This document shows, one piece after another, positions 45,681 through 54,798 of a stretch of DNA of 64,000 nucleotides. A program made the translations under genes and the position numbers. The DNA lies in the NCBI GenBank assembly GCA_040755035.1, contig JBFMBU010000254.1, positions 2,835 through 66,834 of the forward strand, written 5' to 3'. Each line of letters opens with the position of its first letter. Within the stretch, counting starts at the first letter, position 1. The DNA comes from Thermodesulfobacteriota bacterium. Lineage in GTDB: Bacteria; Desulfobacterota; RBG-13-43-22. The notes below the pieces were generated by a model. It searched no databases and was not told where the DNA came from. It saw only the letters and a program-made list of their open reading frames with translations.

Positions 45681-45802
45681 CCCAACCCGGACCAGCCGGA
45701 ACCAAAATTGGAAATCCAAAGATTTCTCATTCGGTCCGGGTAAAATTCCCGTTTTAGAATTAATTCTATCCAATTTGCCTAGAATTCTATTCTTAAGTTA
45801 CT
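45681..45802 (-). repeat. ~120-bp intergenic repeat family, copy A
   Basis: CCCAACCCGGACCAGCCGGAACCAAAATTGGAAATC...GGTCCGGGT...AATTCTATCCAATTTGCCTAGAATTCTATTCTTAAGTTACT. Related copies lie at 55678-55797, 60165-60285 and (partial, inverted) 61715-61762. Confidence 0.85.
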
Positions 45803-45806
45803 ACCC

Positions 45807-46733
45807 CTACCCGGCATTGGGACGCGGGAACAGACCGGCCCGTTCCACAATCTCAGGGACTTTCTCCTCCCACTCGATGGCCATGATATGAAAACCGGCC
45901 ACACCCTTGACCTGTTTCAACCGCTCAATGGTTTCCACACAGATACGGATCCCTTCTTCCGGCTGTTTTTCCTTGGATACACCGGCCATGCGATCCACTA
46001 CTTCCTGGGGGACGTCCATCCCCGGCACTTTATTTTTCATATACCTGGCCATGCCCACCGATTTCATGGGGGTCACACCGGCCAGGATATGGCATTTTTC
46101 ATGGAGACCCCGGTCCCGCACCCCTTCCATCCATTTTTCAAACTTATCCAGATTATAAATACACTGGGTTTGGATGAAATCCGTCCCGGCGGCTATTTTT
46201 TTAGCCAGGCGGGCCACCCGAAGTTCAAAAGGATCGGCGAAAGGATTGGCGGCCGCTCCGATGAACATCTTGGGCGGATTTTCAATATCCGCCCCACCCT
46301 GAAACTTCCCCTCATCACGCATCTTCTTTACCATCTGGACGAATTGAATGGAATCAAGGTCATGAACGGCCGAGGCCATGGGATGGTCACCGAAATAAGG
46401 ATGATCTCCGGAAAGACAGAGCATGGTATTGATGCCGTGGGCATAGGCCCCGATGATATCGGCTTGCATAGCCAAACGGTTGCGGTCGCGGGTGACCATT
46501 TGAAGAATGGGATGCAGACCCATTTGCCGAAGGAACACCCCGGCGCCAAAACTGGACATGCGTACCATGGCTGTCTGATTATCGGTGACATTGACGGCAT
46601 CCACATAGCCCTTCAACTGTTCCGCTTTATGACGTATTTTTTCCGGCACAGAACCCCGGGGAGGCCCACACTCGGAGGTCACGGCCAGTTTGCCCGCTTT
46701 CAGTATTTTTTCCAGAACACTCTCGGTTTTCAT
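45807..46733 (-). CDS. metF: Methylenetetrahydrofolate reductase (acetogen/MetF type)
   Basis: MTHFR-family features (AVNVTDN, VTRDRNR, ...IQTQCIYN). It overlaps metV by 4 nt. Confidence 0.85.
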   Translation of the reverse strand: MKTESVLEKILKAGKLAVTSECGPPRGSVPEKIRHKAEQLKGYVDAVNVTDNQTAMVRMSSFGAGVFLRQMGLHPILQMVTRDRNRLAMQADIIGAYAHGINTMLCLSGDHPYFGDHPMASAVHDLDSIQFVQMVKKMRDEGKFQGGADIENPPKMFIGAAANPFADPFELRVARLAKKIAAGTDFIQTQCIYNLDKFEKWMEGVRDRGLHEKCHILAGVTPMKSVGMARYMKNKVPGMDVPQEVVDRMAGVSKEKQPEEGIRICVETIERLKQVKGVAGFHIMAIEWEEKVPEIVERAGLFPRPNAG

Positions 46734-47398
46734 TCTGCCATATCCTCCCTGATAATTTTTCTGGGTCCGGCGGCCCGGGCGGGTCTCCAGTCTTTGGCCG
46801 GGATGATTTCCTCATACCGGCTCTCGAGTCCCAGCGCCTTAAGCCGATCCCAGATCAACTGCCAGGCGCAGTCCACCTCCGGGCTGATCTCGCATTTCCC
46901 GGAACCGGAACCGCCACAGGGGCCGTTCATCAACTGTTTGGAACAGCGGGCGATGGGGCAAATCCCCCCGGTGATACCCAGCAGACAGTCGCCGCATCCG
47001 GCGCAGCGTTCGGCCCAAACCCCCTGTCGTTCCGAGGCCCCCATAAATTTGGTATTGACCGCCGGGAAAACGGGTTTGTTCTTGAAACGACGGCTCAATT
47101 CCTGCACCCCGCAGCCGCAGGCCATGGATAGAACCGCCTCGACGCCGTCCGCCATGGAGGTGAGTTCCTCCACATATTCCGGATCGCATTGACGTTCCAG
47201 GGTGTGTTCTCTGATCTGTAAATTTTTCCCCTGTCGTAAAAAAGTCATTTGCAGCAGCGAGGACAGGATACCGACTTCCTTACGGCCGCCGGCGGCGCAC
47301 ACCGTCACGCATTCGTTGCATCCGACCAGCAAAATTCTTGAATAGGGTCGGATAAAATCAATGATTTCCTCCAGGGGTTTACGTTCCGCTGTAATCAT
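46730..47398 (-). CDS. metV: MTHFR-associated zinc/Fe-S subunit MetV (MTHFR_C domain)
   Basis: A Cys-rich protein: LVGCNECVTVC, ACGCG, and CPIARCSKQLMNGPCGGSGSGKCEISPEVDCAW. Confidence 0.75.
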   Translation of the reverse strand: MITAERKPLEEIIDFIRPYSRILLVGCNECVTVCAAGGRKEVGILSSLLQMTFLRQGKNLQIREHTLERQCDPEYVEELTSMADGVEAVLSMACGCGVQELSRRFKNKPVFPAVNTKFMGASERQGVWAERCAGCGDCLLGITGGICPIARCSKQLMNGPCGGSGSGKCEISPEVDCAWQLIWDRLKALGLESRYEEIIPAKDWRPARAAGPRKIIREDMAE

Positions 47399-47826
47399 TG
47401 GGATTGTTTCTCCTTCAGTGTTCGGATTGGGTTGGGACCCAGGGTCCGGATTTTTTCGGTGATCCGGCGGGCGGTTTCGGCAAAACGCTCCCCCATTCCG
47501 GCCGACAGATTGATCATTTCCACTCGTTCACCTTCGATGCCCACACTCTCCAGAAGCTTTCGGGCCTGTTGCACCCGCCGGGCCGCCCGCAGGTTGCCGT
47601 TTTTGAAATGGCAGTCCCCTTCCAGACAACCGGCCACATAGACACCGTCGGCTCCGTTCTCGAAAGCTTTTAAGATATGAATCGTATCCACCTTCCCCGA
47701 ACAGGGCACACGGAGGATTTTAACGTTGGGAGGATACTGGATCCGCTGGGTTCCGGCCATGTCGGCAGCGGTATAGGCGCAATAATGACAGCAAAAGGCG
47801 ACAATGACCGGTTCAAAAGTTTCCAT
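47395..47826 (-). CDS. mvhD: MvhD/FlpD-like hydrogenase iron-sulfur delta subunit
   Basis: VIVAFCCHYCAYTAADMAG...LRVPCSGKVD...GADGVYVAGCLEGDCHF. Confidence 0.85.
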   Translation of the reverse strand: METFEPVIVAFCCHYCAYTAADMAGTQRIQYPPNVKILRVPCSGKVDTIHILKAFENGADGVYVAGCLEGDCHFKNGNLRAARRVQQARKLLESVGIEGERVEMINLSAGMGERFAETARRITEKIRTLGPNPIRTLKEKQSQ

Positions 47827-47829
47827 GGA

Positions 47830-50800
47830 TTATGCTACTCTCCTTTCCAGCAATCCCTCGAGTTTAGCCAGAATCTGGTCATCCTCAAATTGCATCAGTT
47901 GGATGGCCTTGGCCGGGCACTCGGAGACACAAACACCGCAGCCCTGACACTTCAGGGGATCAATTTCGGAAAAACCCTCGGCATTGATAAAGGGGACCTC
48001 AAAGGGACAGGCCCGGACGCAGATCAGGCAGGCGGCGCATTTTTTGGAATCCACCCGGGCCACAGCCGCGCCCAGATTGATATGGTCACGGCTGAGCAGG
48101 GTCTGGACCCTGGCTACAGCGGCCTCGGCCTGGGCGAGGGTCTCCCGGATCAACCTGGGGGAGTGGGCCGTTCCGGCCACGAAAAAACCGGGGTTGGACA
48201 GATCCACTGGTCGAAGCTTGATATGTTCCTCCAGGAAATAGCCGTCTTCGGTCCTGGGTACTTTAAATATCGCTTCCAGGTCCTCGGTCGATTCTTCATC
48301 ACTGACCATTCCCGTACTCAGAATCAGGGCATCGGCCGTCATCGTCAGGGGACGCCCCAGAATGGGGTCGGTGAAAGAAACCTCCACCTGTGTTCCGGCG
48401 GGCTGGACCTGGGGGGGATTCTCAGGTTCATAGCGAACAAAGATCACTCCCTTTTCCCGGGCCTGTCGGTAAGAATCCTCCTGGAACCCGTAGGTCCGCA
48501 TATCCCGGTATAAAATCAAAATAAGCGCTTCCGGATTCAACTCTTTCAGGCGCAGGGCATTTTTAATCGCCGCCTGACAGCAGATGCGGGAACAGTTGGG
48601 GTTGTCCGGCTGCCGGGACCCGACGCATTGGATCATAACCACCGTATTCCAGCTTTTGGTTTTTTCCGGCAAGGTTTCCAGCATCCCATCGGCATCCAGC
48701 TGAGTCATAACCGCTTCGTGCCGCCCCAGAAAAAAGGCATCGGGACGATTGGGCAAGGCACCGGTGGCCAGAATCGTGGCTCCATGTTCGATCTGACGAT
48801 AGAACATCTGGGGACCGGCCTGCAAACCGGTTCGGTACAAACCGGGACGACCGCTGTGATCAACGATAATGGCATTGGTGATTACCTGAATCTTGGGATG
48901 GGTCATGGTCCGCTGAACCAGATCCTTTAGAAAGGCCTGAACGTCTTCTCCTTCCAGGGTGCGGTGAATCAGATTGGCCGTCCCTCCCAGCAGGGACCGT
49001 CGCTCAACCAAGAAAACCCGTAACCCCAGATCGGCCAGCCGCAGAGAGGCAGTCATCCCCGCCACACCGCCGCCGACCACCAGCACGTCCCGGTTGAGTT
49101 CCAATTGATTTTCCTGCAGAGGATGAGCCTTTTTTACACCCTGAACCGCGGCCCGGATAACCTGGCGGGCCTTGATTTCGGCTTCTTCGGAGCGTCCACC
49201 GTGGACCCAGGTATCCTGTTCCCGCAGATTGGCGATTTCAAGGAGATACTTATTGAGGCCCGAACGGCGCAGCAGATCCTGAAATCTCGATTCGTGTGTA
49301 CGGGGAGAACAGCCGCCGATCACCACCCGGTTCAATTTGTTTTTTCCTATAGCCTCTTGAATATGTTTCATGGACTCACGGCTGCAGCCGTGGCCGACGC
49401 CCTCGGCCAGAACCACACCCTCTATTTTTCCGGCAAAGGCGGCCAACTGCGGAACCCTGACCACACCCCCGATATCCTCACCGCAATCGCAGATGAAAAC
49501 CCCGACTCGGGGAGATTCTCCGCTCACATCCCGTTCGGGAGGCACCTCGTCTGCTTCCTCAGGAGTCAGGGAAAGGGTGGAAACATATTGAGAGGCCCGG
49601 CAGGCGGCAGCGCTGGCCTGGACCATGGTCTCCGGGATATCTTTAGGGCTTTCGAACATCCCGCAGACATAAATCCCTTCCCTGGAAGTGGCCACCGGGT
49701 TGAACGAACCGGTTCGGGCGAAACCATGTTCATTGAGGTCGATCCCCAGCTTTTCGGCAGTCTGCCGCTGCTCGGCTGTGACCCGAAATCCGGTGGAGAG
49801 GATGACCAGATCAAAACGTTCCTCTTGGGAAACTCCCCCTTCCTCAGGGGCATATTGGACCGTTACCTGCCCCTCCTCGGCATGACGGATCACCGTATGG
49901 GGGCGGCTGCGGACAAAACGGACCCCGAATTCCTTGCGGGCCCGCTCCAGATATTTTTCATAGTCCTTGCCGAAGGTCCGCATATCCATATAAAACACCG
50001 TGGCTTCGATGTTGCCCTGAAAGCGTTCCTTGGTAACCATGGCTTCCTTAAGGGCGAACATGCAGCAGGCACTGGAACAATAGGAAACCGCCTCCTTCTG
50101 TAGACCTCGGGACCCTGCACATTGGACCCAGGCGATTTTGGCCGGAACCCGTCCATCGGATGGACAGACCAGCCGCCCCTGGGTGGGACCGGAAGCGGAC
50201 AGAATCCGTTCATATTCCAGACTGGTCAACACATCCGGGTCTTCATAATTCAGACTGTCCGATCCCGAGGGATCAAAAATCGAGGCGCCGAGGGCCAGAA
50301 CGATAGATCCCACGGATAGTTCCGTTTGTTTTTCCCGGTCATCCGTAATGATGGCCCCGGCCGGACAGCAATCCGCCAGGGCTTTCGGATCCCGGCATCG
50401 ATCCATATTTATGGAATAGGCCTGCGGGGTTGCCTGAGGGTAACGCATGCAGGTAGGGGCGCGATGGTCTAACCCGGGCTTGAAATCCACACACTCCGGA
50501 AAGTGTCGATGGCACTCACCGCAGGCAGTACAAAGGTCCAGATCGATATAGCGGGGGGCGGAGGAAAGAACGGCGGAAAAATTTCCTGCTTGCCCCTTTA
50601 GTTGAACCAGTTGGGTCATGGGCAGCAACTGGATGTATTGGTTGCGGTTGGTCTCGGAAAGGGTGGAGGACAGGGTGCAGAGGTCACAGTTGTTCGTCGG
50701 GAAGGTACGATCCAACTGGGTCATCAATCCGCCTATGGCATTGGCCTTATCGATCAGCACCACACTCTTCTGCGCCTCAGCCAAATCCAGGGCCGTCCGA

Positions 50801-50883
50801 ATCCCTCCCATGCCTCCGCCAATAACTAAAACCCGTTCGCCGGTTTTCGGCACGGCTTCTTTTTTTGTATTTTTTGTTTTCAT
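47830..50883 (-). CDS. hdrA: Large HdrA-like flavoprotein (heterodisulfide reductase subunit A family, two FAD/NAD modules plus Fe-S clusters)
   Basis: VLVIGGGMGGIRTALDLAE...LDRTFPTNNCDLC is HdrA-type. A second GxGxxG (VLVVGGGVAGMTAS) lies at about residue 601. The C-terminus has a 2x[4Fe-4S] motif (CAACLICVRACP...CQGCGVCVSECP). Confidence 0.85.
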   Translation of the reverse strand: MKTKNTKKEAVPKTGERVLVIGGGMGGIRTALDLAEAQKSVVLIDKANAIGGLMTQLDRTFPTNNCDLCTLSSTLSETNRNQYIQLLPMTQLVQLKGQAGNFSAVLSSAPRYIDLDLCTACGECHRHFPECVDFKPGLDHRAPTCMRYPQATPQAYSINMDRCRDPKALADCCPAGAIITDDREKQTELSVGSIVLALGASIFDPSGSDSLNYEDPDVLTSLEYERILSASGPTQGRLVCPSDGRVPAKIAWVQCAGSRGLQKEAVSYCSSACCMFALKEAMVTKERFQGNIEATVFYMDMRTFGKDYEKYLERARKEFGVRFVRSRPHTVIRHAEEGQVTVQYAPEEGGVSQEERFDLVILSTGFRVTAEQRQTAEKLGIDLNEHGFARTGSFNPVATSREGIYVCGMFESPKDIPETMVQASAAACRASQYVSTLSLTPEEADEVPPERDVSGESPRVGVFICDCGEDIGGVVRVPQLAAFAGKIEGVVLAEGVGHGCSRESMKHIQEAIGKNKLNRVVIGGCSPRTHESRFQDLLRRSGLNKYLLEIANLREQDTWVHGGRSEEAEIKARQVIRAAVQGVKKAHPLQENQLELNRDVLVVGGGVAGMTASLRLADLGLRVFLVERRSLLGGTANLIHRTLEGEDVQAFLKDLVQRTMTHPKIQVITNAIIVDHSGRPGLYRTGLQAGPQMFYRQIEHGATILATGALPNRPDAFFLGRHEAVMTQLDADGMLETLPEKTKSWNTVVMIQCVGSRQPDNPNCSRICCQAAIKNALRLKELNPEALILILYRDMRTYGFQEDSYRQAREKGVIFVRYEPENPPQVQPAGTQVEVSFTDPILGRPLTMTADALILSTGMVSDEESTEDLEAIFKVPRTEDGYFLEEHIKLRPVDLSNPGFFVAGTAHSPRLIRETLAQAEAAVARVQTLLSRDHINLGAAVARVDSKKCAACLICVRACPFEVPFINAEGFSEIDPLKCQGCGVCVSECPAKAIQLMQFEDDQILAKLEGLLERRVA

Positions 50884-50898
50884 AAGCTACCTGACACC

Positions 50899-51771
50899 TC
50901 AGATCCCGGCTGCGTCCAGAATGGCCGGCAGACGATGTTCCCATCCCATGGCCTGGATCAGAACCCCCTGGACCATTTTTTTCAAACCGGCGACGGTTTC
51001 CCCGGCTATTTTAACCCCCTCCATCTCACGATCGGCCGATTTTCGGATCCTCCCTATCAGGTCTTCGGAAATGGCAGCCCCCGGCTCATTAGTCAGAATA
51101 TAGCGGGCAATGGCCACGGATTTTATCAAAAAAACCGGAGCGACAATCGGAACCTTCAGGGGTGCGGCTTTTTTCAGGAACCCCTCGAAGGAATTCAGAT
51201 CATACACCGGCGGGGTGATCAGGTACCCGGCCCCGGCGGATATCTTTTCCCCGGCCAGGGCAATCTCCCTTTCCATTTCCGCTTCGTCGCGGAATGGGGA
51301 AATCTGACAACCCACAAAAAACTCCGGAGCACCTTTTAAATCAAACCCGGACAGATCCTTCCCGCTCTTCAAGGTCTGAATCGTCTCCAACAAACCCAAG
51401 TCATCGAGATCGGTTACCGGTTGAGCGTTACGATGATCGCAATTAGTCATGGCTTCACCCTTTACTACCACCAGGTTCTGAATCCCCAGGACATGGGCGG
51501 CCAATAAATCGCCTTGCAAGGCCATTCGGTTGCGGTCCCGCCCGTAGACGGTGATAACGGATTCGATCCCTTCTTGCTGGAGCAAAGCACCGCCGGCCAG
51601 AGCGCTCATGCGCATGACCCCGTTATCCATATCCGGCACCAGGATTCCGTTGATGCGGCCCTTGATGCGCTTGGCATCGGTAATGAACCTGGAAATGTCC
51701 ACCCCTTTGGGTGTATTCATTTCAGCCAGGACGACAAACTCACCGTTTTGCAATCGCTTTTGAATACTCAT
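50899..51771 (-). CDS. Second MTHFR-family protein (MetF paralogue)
   Basis: VLAEMNTPKG, TVYGRDRNRMALQGDLLAAHVLGIQN, and YLITPPVYD. It is the first gene of the hdrA operon. Confidence 0.75.
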   Translation of the reverse strand: MSIQKRLQNGEFVVLAEMNTPKGVDISRFITDAKRIKGRINGILVPDMDNGVMRMSALAGGALLQQEGIESVITVYGRDRNRMALQGDLLAAHVLGIQNLVVVKGEAMTNCDHRNAQPVTDLDDLGLLETIQTLKSGKDLSGFDLKGAPEFFVGCQISPFRDEAEMEREIALAGEKISAGAGYLITPPVYDLNSFEGFLKKAAPLKVPIVAPVFLIKSVAIARYILTNEPGAAISEDLIGRIRKSADREMEGVKIAGETVAGLKKMVQGVLIQAMGWEHRLPAILDAAGI

Positions 51772-52298
51772 GGATTTCCTTCCCTGTCAAGATTGGCATG
51801 CCCAAAAGCCCTTCGGTTGAAAATTTTTGGATGGTTTGAACGGGAACCCCGATCTTGGGTATCTTCCGGGGTGGGTGGTGTGTTGAGGGGGTATCGGGGT
51901 TCGTCAGCTATAGGAAACCCTGACGAATTAAACCTCAGCCTTCACTATCTCCCTAAAGATGTCCTTCCCCCCCCTTCAACCTGTCCACGACGATCTAAAA
52001 AACCTATTTTACAAATTTTACAAAAATAGCTTTGAAATACAAAAGATCGACCTGACGGCGAGGCCGGAGGGATCAACTCAAGAAGTCCTTTTTCCTGCTC
52101 ACTTTAAAATAAATTCAACCGCTTAAAAACGATTTCGGGCTTTTGACTTCCCGATTTGAAATTCAATTCTCACTAATATGTACAATTTTTCACCAATAGT
52201 GTCAAGGGATATTTCCTAAAAAATAATTTTTTGGGTCGGAGAGTGGTGTCCGGTATAAAACATGTAAATCCAGACTGTTATACATCTAAGGCCAGTAT

Positions 52299-52823
52299 TT
52301 ATCTCTTTCTTTCCGAGGGCTTGTCCAGCATCGGCCGGGGCGGTCTTTCCACCTGGATCTCTCGAATCATCTCGTCCATCTCCCGCCGGAAATCGATCTG
52401 AAACAGGAAATACTGGGCCTGCTGTTCCGTTTTCAACAGATTCATTTCCTCTTCCAGCTGCCGATTCTCCAGGTCGTTCATTTCCTTTTTCCGGCTTTTT
52501 AGCCGCTGGACCAAATCCCTCAGCTCCCTTTCGGGGGGATTCATGTCTCGCAGGATGGCCCTGACCCTTTGAATGTCCTCATGGAAATCACGATGCACCC
52601 GTCTCCGTGTCTCTTCATAATGATTATTGACCGCAAAAAATCGGGCCGAGCCCTCCTTGTCCAGCCTCAACGTTTCGGTCAGCCGCCACATCTTGATCAT
52701 CTGAATGCGTTCACGGCTCTTTTCCCGGGGATCTTTAACTTCCTTCCAGGGTTCGGCCCAGGCGATTTGGGTACCCAGGACGATTGAAAGAAGAAAGATC
52801 CACATCTTTTTATCAGCAAGCAT
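52299..52823 (-). CDS. Spy/CpxP-like periplasmic protein (LTxxQ-type helical repeat)
   Basis: It has a signal peptide and a charged helical sequence with KMWRLTETLRL and LKTEQQAQYF. It is the last gene of the ECF sigma operon. Confidence 0.6.
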   Translation of the reverse strand: MLADKKMWIFLLSIVLGTQIAWAEPWKEVKDPREKSRERIQMIKMWRLTETLRLDKEGSARFFAVNNHYEETRRRVHRDFHEDIQRVRAILRDMNPPERELRDLVQRLKSRKKEMNDLENRQLEEEMNLLKTEQQAQYFLFQIDFRREMDEMIREIQVERPPRPMLDKPSERKR

Positions 52824-53502
52824 TGGTTTCTTCCTCCTTGTGTTCAGCGGATTTATCCGGTTCCATCTTTTCTATCAAGACCTCCAGTTCTTTCTCCGTA
52901 AGCCTCTCCGTTGAGCGGGTGATGTCCCAATGGGTCTCCTCTTCGGTTAAAAGAGGCGGGGGATCGGAAAGTTCCTTCCCCAGGCGGGCCACTACCTTTC
53001 CGGCCAAGCGCGCCGACTCCTTGTCCGAGAGGGAGTCCACCATGGCCGAAAGCGGTTCAAATTTCATTTCATAAAACTTGTTCTCCTCCCTCCCGCTTAG
53101 GGGTTGCTCTGTTGATTGGGAGAATTCCTGATTGTTGATATTGAAAAAGACTATGGGGACTAAAAGGATTAAAATCAGGGCGGCCGCCCAGGCATACCCA
53201 GGCCATCCGAAGGGATTCCTGAAAATTTTTAAATACCAGGGGGCCTCCGTCACCTCCACCTCCCTCTGCCGGGTCTTGCGCATGATACGGGCGCTCATTT
53301 TCTCCCAAAAAACCGGCCCGGGGTCGGAAGGGTGGTCCCTTTTCAGCAGGCTCAGGACTTCTCTGGTCTCCTCGTATGCTTGGCGACAGTCAGGGCAAAT
53401 AGCCCAATGGTTTTTTACCTGGGTTATCTGGTCCTCCCCCAACAGATTTTGAGCATAGTCTTCGTTTAAGACCAAGATTTTTTTACAGGAAAGTTTCTTC
53501 AT
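52813..53502 (-). CDS. Anti-sigma factor (zf-HC2 type, single TM)
   Basis: The N-terminal zinc-binding motif is HWAICPDCRQAYEE and the central TM is YAWAAALILILLVPIVFF. It overlaps the sigma gene by 4 nt. Confidence 0.7.
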   Translation of the reverse strand: MKKLSCKKILVLNEDYAQNLLGEDQITQVKNHWAICPDCRQAYEETREVLSLLKRDHPSDPGPVFWEKMSARIMRKTRQREVEVTEAPWYLKIFRNPFGWPGYAWAAALILILLVPIVFFNINNQEFSQSTEQPLSGREENKFYEMKFEPLSAMVDSLSDKESARLAGKVVARLGKELSDPPPLLTEEETHWDITRSTERLTEKELEVLIEKMEPDKSAEHKEEETNAC

Positions 53503-54035
53503 GGTTTTTCCGTTTTGACCATAGTTTTCAATTTTTCCAAGGCATGATGAAAATTGACTTTGGCGGAGTTGGTCCGAATCCCCAAAGTTTTCCCGATTTC
53601 TTCAAAGGAAAGCTCCTGATGAATCCGGAGCGTTACCACCATTCTTTGTTTATAGGGAAGATGCTCCACCGCTTCTTGCAGTCTGGCCACTCTTTCTTTG
53701 GCAGAGAATTCCCCCTCGGGATCGGCCTTGTAGTCCGCTACCGGGACCTCCTCCACTTGGAGATATTCCCGGTTTTTTTGGGAGCGAAAAAAATTATGAC
53801 ACTGATTGATGCCGATTTTGTATATCCAGGTCTTAAAACTGGCATCAGCCCGGAACCCCTTTATATTCTGATAGGCCAGTAAAAAAATCTTTTGAACCGT
53901 GTCCTCCGCTTCCTGGGAATTTTTCAGAAGCCTCAGTACAAAATAATACATGGCTTTCTGGTGTCTGAGGACCAGTTCCTCGAAGGCGCCGGTCTCCCCA
54001 TTTTTAACCCGCTCCACCAACTCATAATCGGTCAT
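53499..54035 (-). CDS. ECF-type RNA polymerase sigma-70 factor
   Basis: Region 2 reads FEELVLRHQKAMYYFVLRLL...DTVQKIFLLAY...FKTWIYKIGIN. Region 4 reads QRMVVTLRIHQELSFEEIGKTLGIRTNSAKVNFHHA. Confidence 0.9.
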   Translation of the reverse strand: MTDYELVERVKNGETGAFEELVLRHQKAMYYFVLRLLKNSQEAEDTVQKIFLLAYQNIKGFRADASFKTWIYKIGINQCHNFFRSQKNREYLQVEEVPVADYKADPEGEFSAKERVARLQEAVEHLPYKQRMVVTLRIHQELSFEEIGKTLGIRTNSAKVNFHHALEKLKTMVKTEKP

Positions 54036-54170
54036 GGGGCTTTTTACCTATAATAGACCACGAAATAAAAAAATGGTTAAGATGAATTTGCGAACTAGAG
54101 TAAACACCTTGAGCAAATAAATACAACATGCTGAAATTAATAGAATTAATTATCCTCGGCAAGTCCTTTT

Positions 54171-54363
54171 CCGGCCGGGCCCCTCAAGGGGCCCTTGGGA
54201 AAGGTCACTGCAAGTGACCGGCCGGTCCCCGTAGGGGGACCTTTGATAAAGGTCACTGCAAGTGACCGGCCGGTCCCCGTAGGGGGACCTTTGATAAAGG
54301 TCACTGCAAGTGACCGGCCGGTCCCCGTAGGGGGACCTTTGATAAAGGTCACTGCATGTGACC
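54171..54363. repeat. 48-bp tandem array of paired perfect hairpins (3 full units plus variant half-units)
   Basis: The unit is GGTCACTGCAAGTGACC-GGCC-GGTCCCCGTAGGGGGACC-TTTGATAAA, present at 54203-54250, 54251-54298 and 54299-54346. It is preceded by the variant CCGGCCGGGCCCCTCAAGGGGCCCTTGGGAAA and followed by GGTCACTGCATGTGACC. Confidence 0.9.
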
Positions 54364-54465
54364 GTATGAGAACACACAGTTGCTAGTTATCCTCTATTGC
54401 CAGAAATCCTTTAACCTTTTTTTCTTCCCTCCGGTCCAAATAAAAAAAAATGCAGGAGGAAGACC

Positions 54466-54798
54466 ATGAAAAGAAGCGCTCTCTTTTGTGTGACTCTGGG
54501 ATTGTTGTTCACCCTTGTTGTTGTTCAACCGGCGTCTGCCCGGCCTAATGGTTTTTGGCCGGGGGTGGCTGTTGGAGTGGGGTCAGCCATAATTTTAGGA
54601 CACATGCTCCAAGCCCCGAGAGCATACTATAACCAGGCCCATCCGGCCCCGATTTATCATACCCCGAACGCTTATGGCCCCCCAGCCGAACCGACCTGTA
54701 GGCAACGTTGGATTCCCGGTCACTGGGTTGAGGGAGTGGATCACTATGGAAATTACGAGCGTTACTGGGTTCCCGAACACTGGGAAAGAATTTACTGA
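54466..54798 (+). CDS. Small secreted protein with WxPGHW/WVPEHW repeats
   Basis: The signal peptide is MKRSALFCVTLGLLFTLVVVQPASA. The C-terminus reads RWIPGHWVEGVDHYGNYERYWVPEHWERIY. Confidence 0.5.
   Translation: MKRSALFCVTLGLLFTLVVVQPASARPNGFWPGVAVGVGSAIILGHMLQAPRAYYNQAHPAPIYHTPNAYGPPAEPTCRQRWIPGHWVEGVDHYGNYERYWVPEHWERIY

Noticed and set aside
45888-47192. A 434-aa plus-strand ORF, and similar long ORFs at 8199-9053, 30760-31566, 38528-39256, 47677-48513, 49105-50103, 57387-58067 and 58729-59427.
   Set aside because: All of them lie antisense to strongly supported genes (metF/metV, sucC, FtsX permease, ade, hdrA, hpf, rpoN). They have Gly/Pro/Arg/His-rich, low-information composition typical of shadow frames in GC-rich coding DNA.
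47830-50883. Possible selenocysteine (in-frame TGA) recoding in hdrA or mvhD, as in some sulfate reducers and methanogens.
   Set aside because: Both frames are uninterrupted, so no in-frame TGA needs explaining.
51794-51812. TGGCATGCCCAAAAGC resembles a sigma-54 -24/-12 promoter.
   Set aside because: The -12 element is AAGC rather than TTGC. It also lies on the plus strand, where no gene follows.
54171-54363. A possible CRISPR array.
   Set aside because: The units are directly adjacent with no unique spacers, there are only ~3-4 units, and there are no cas genes in the window.
54146-54386. Three overlapping 63-75-aa ORFs with internally repeated peptides.
   Set aside because: They exist in several frames and on both strands only because the 48-bp unit (divisible by 3) lacks stop codons. 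There are no Shine-Dalgarno sequences, so this is treated as a DNA/RNA-level repeat.
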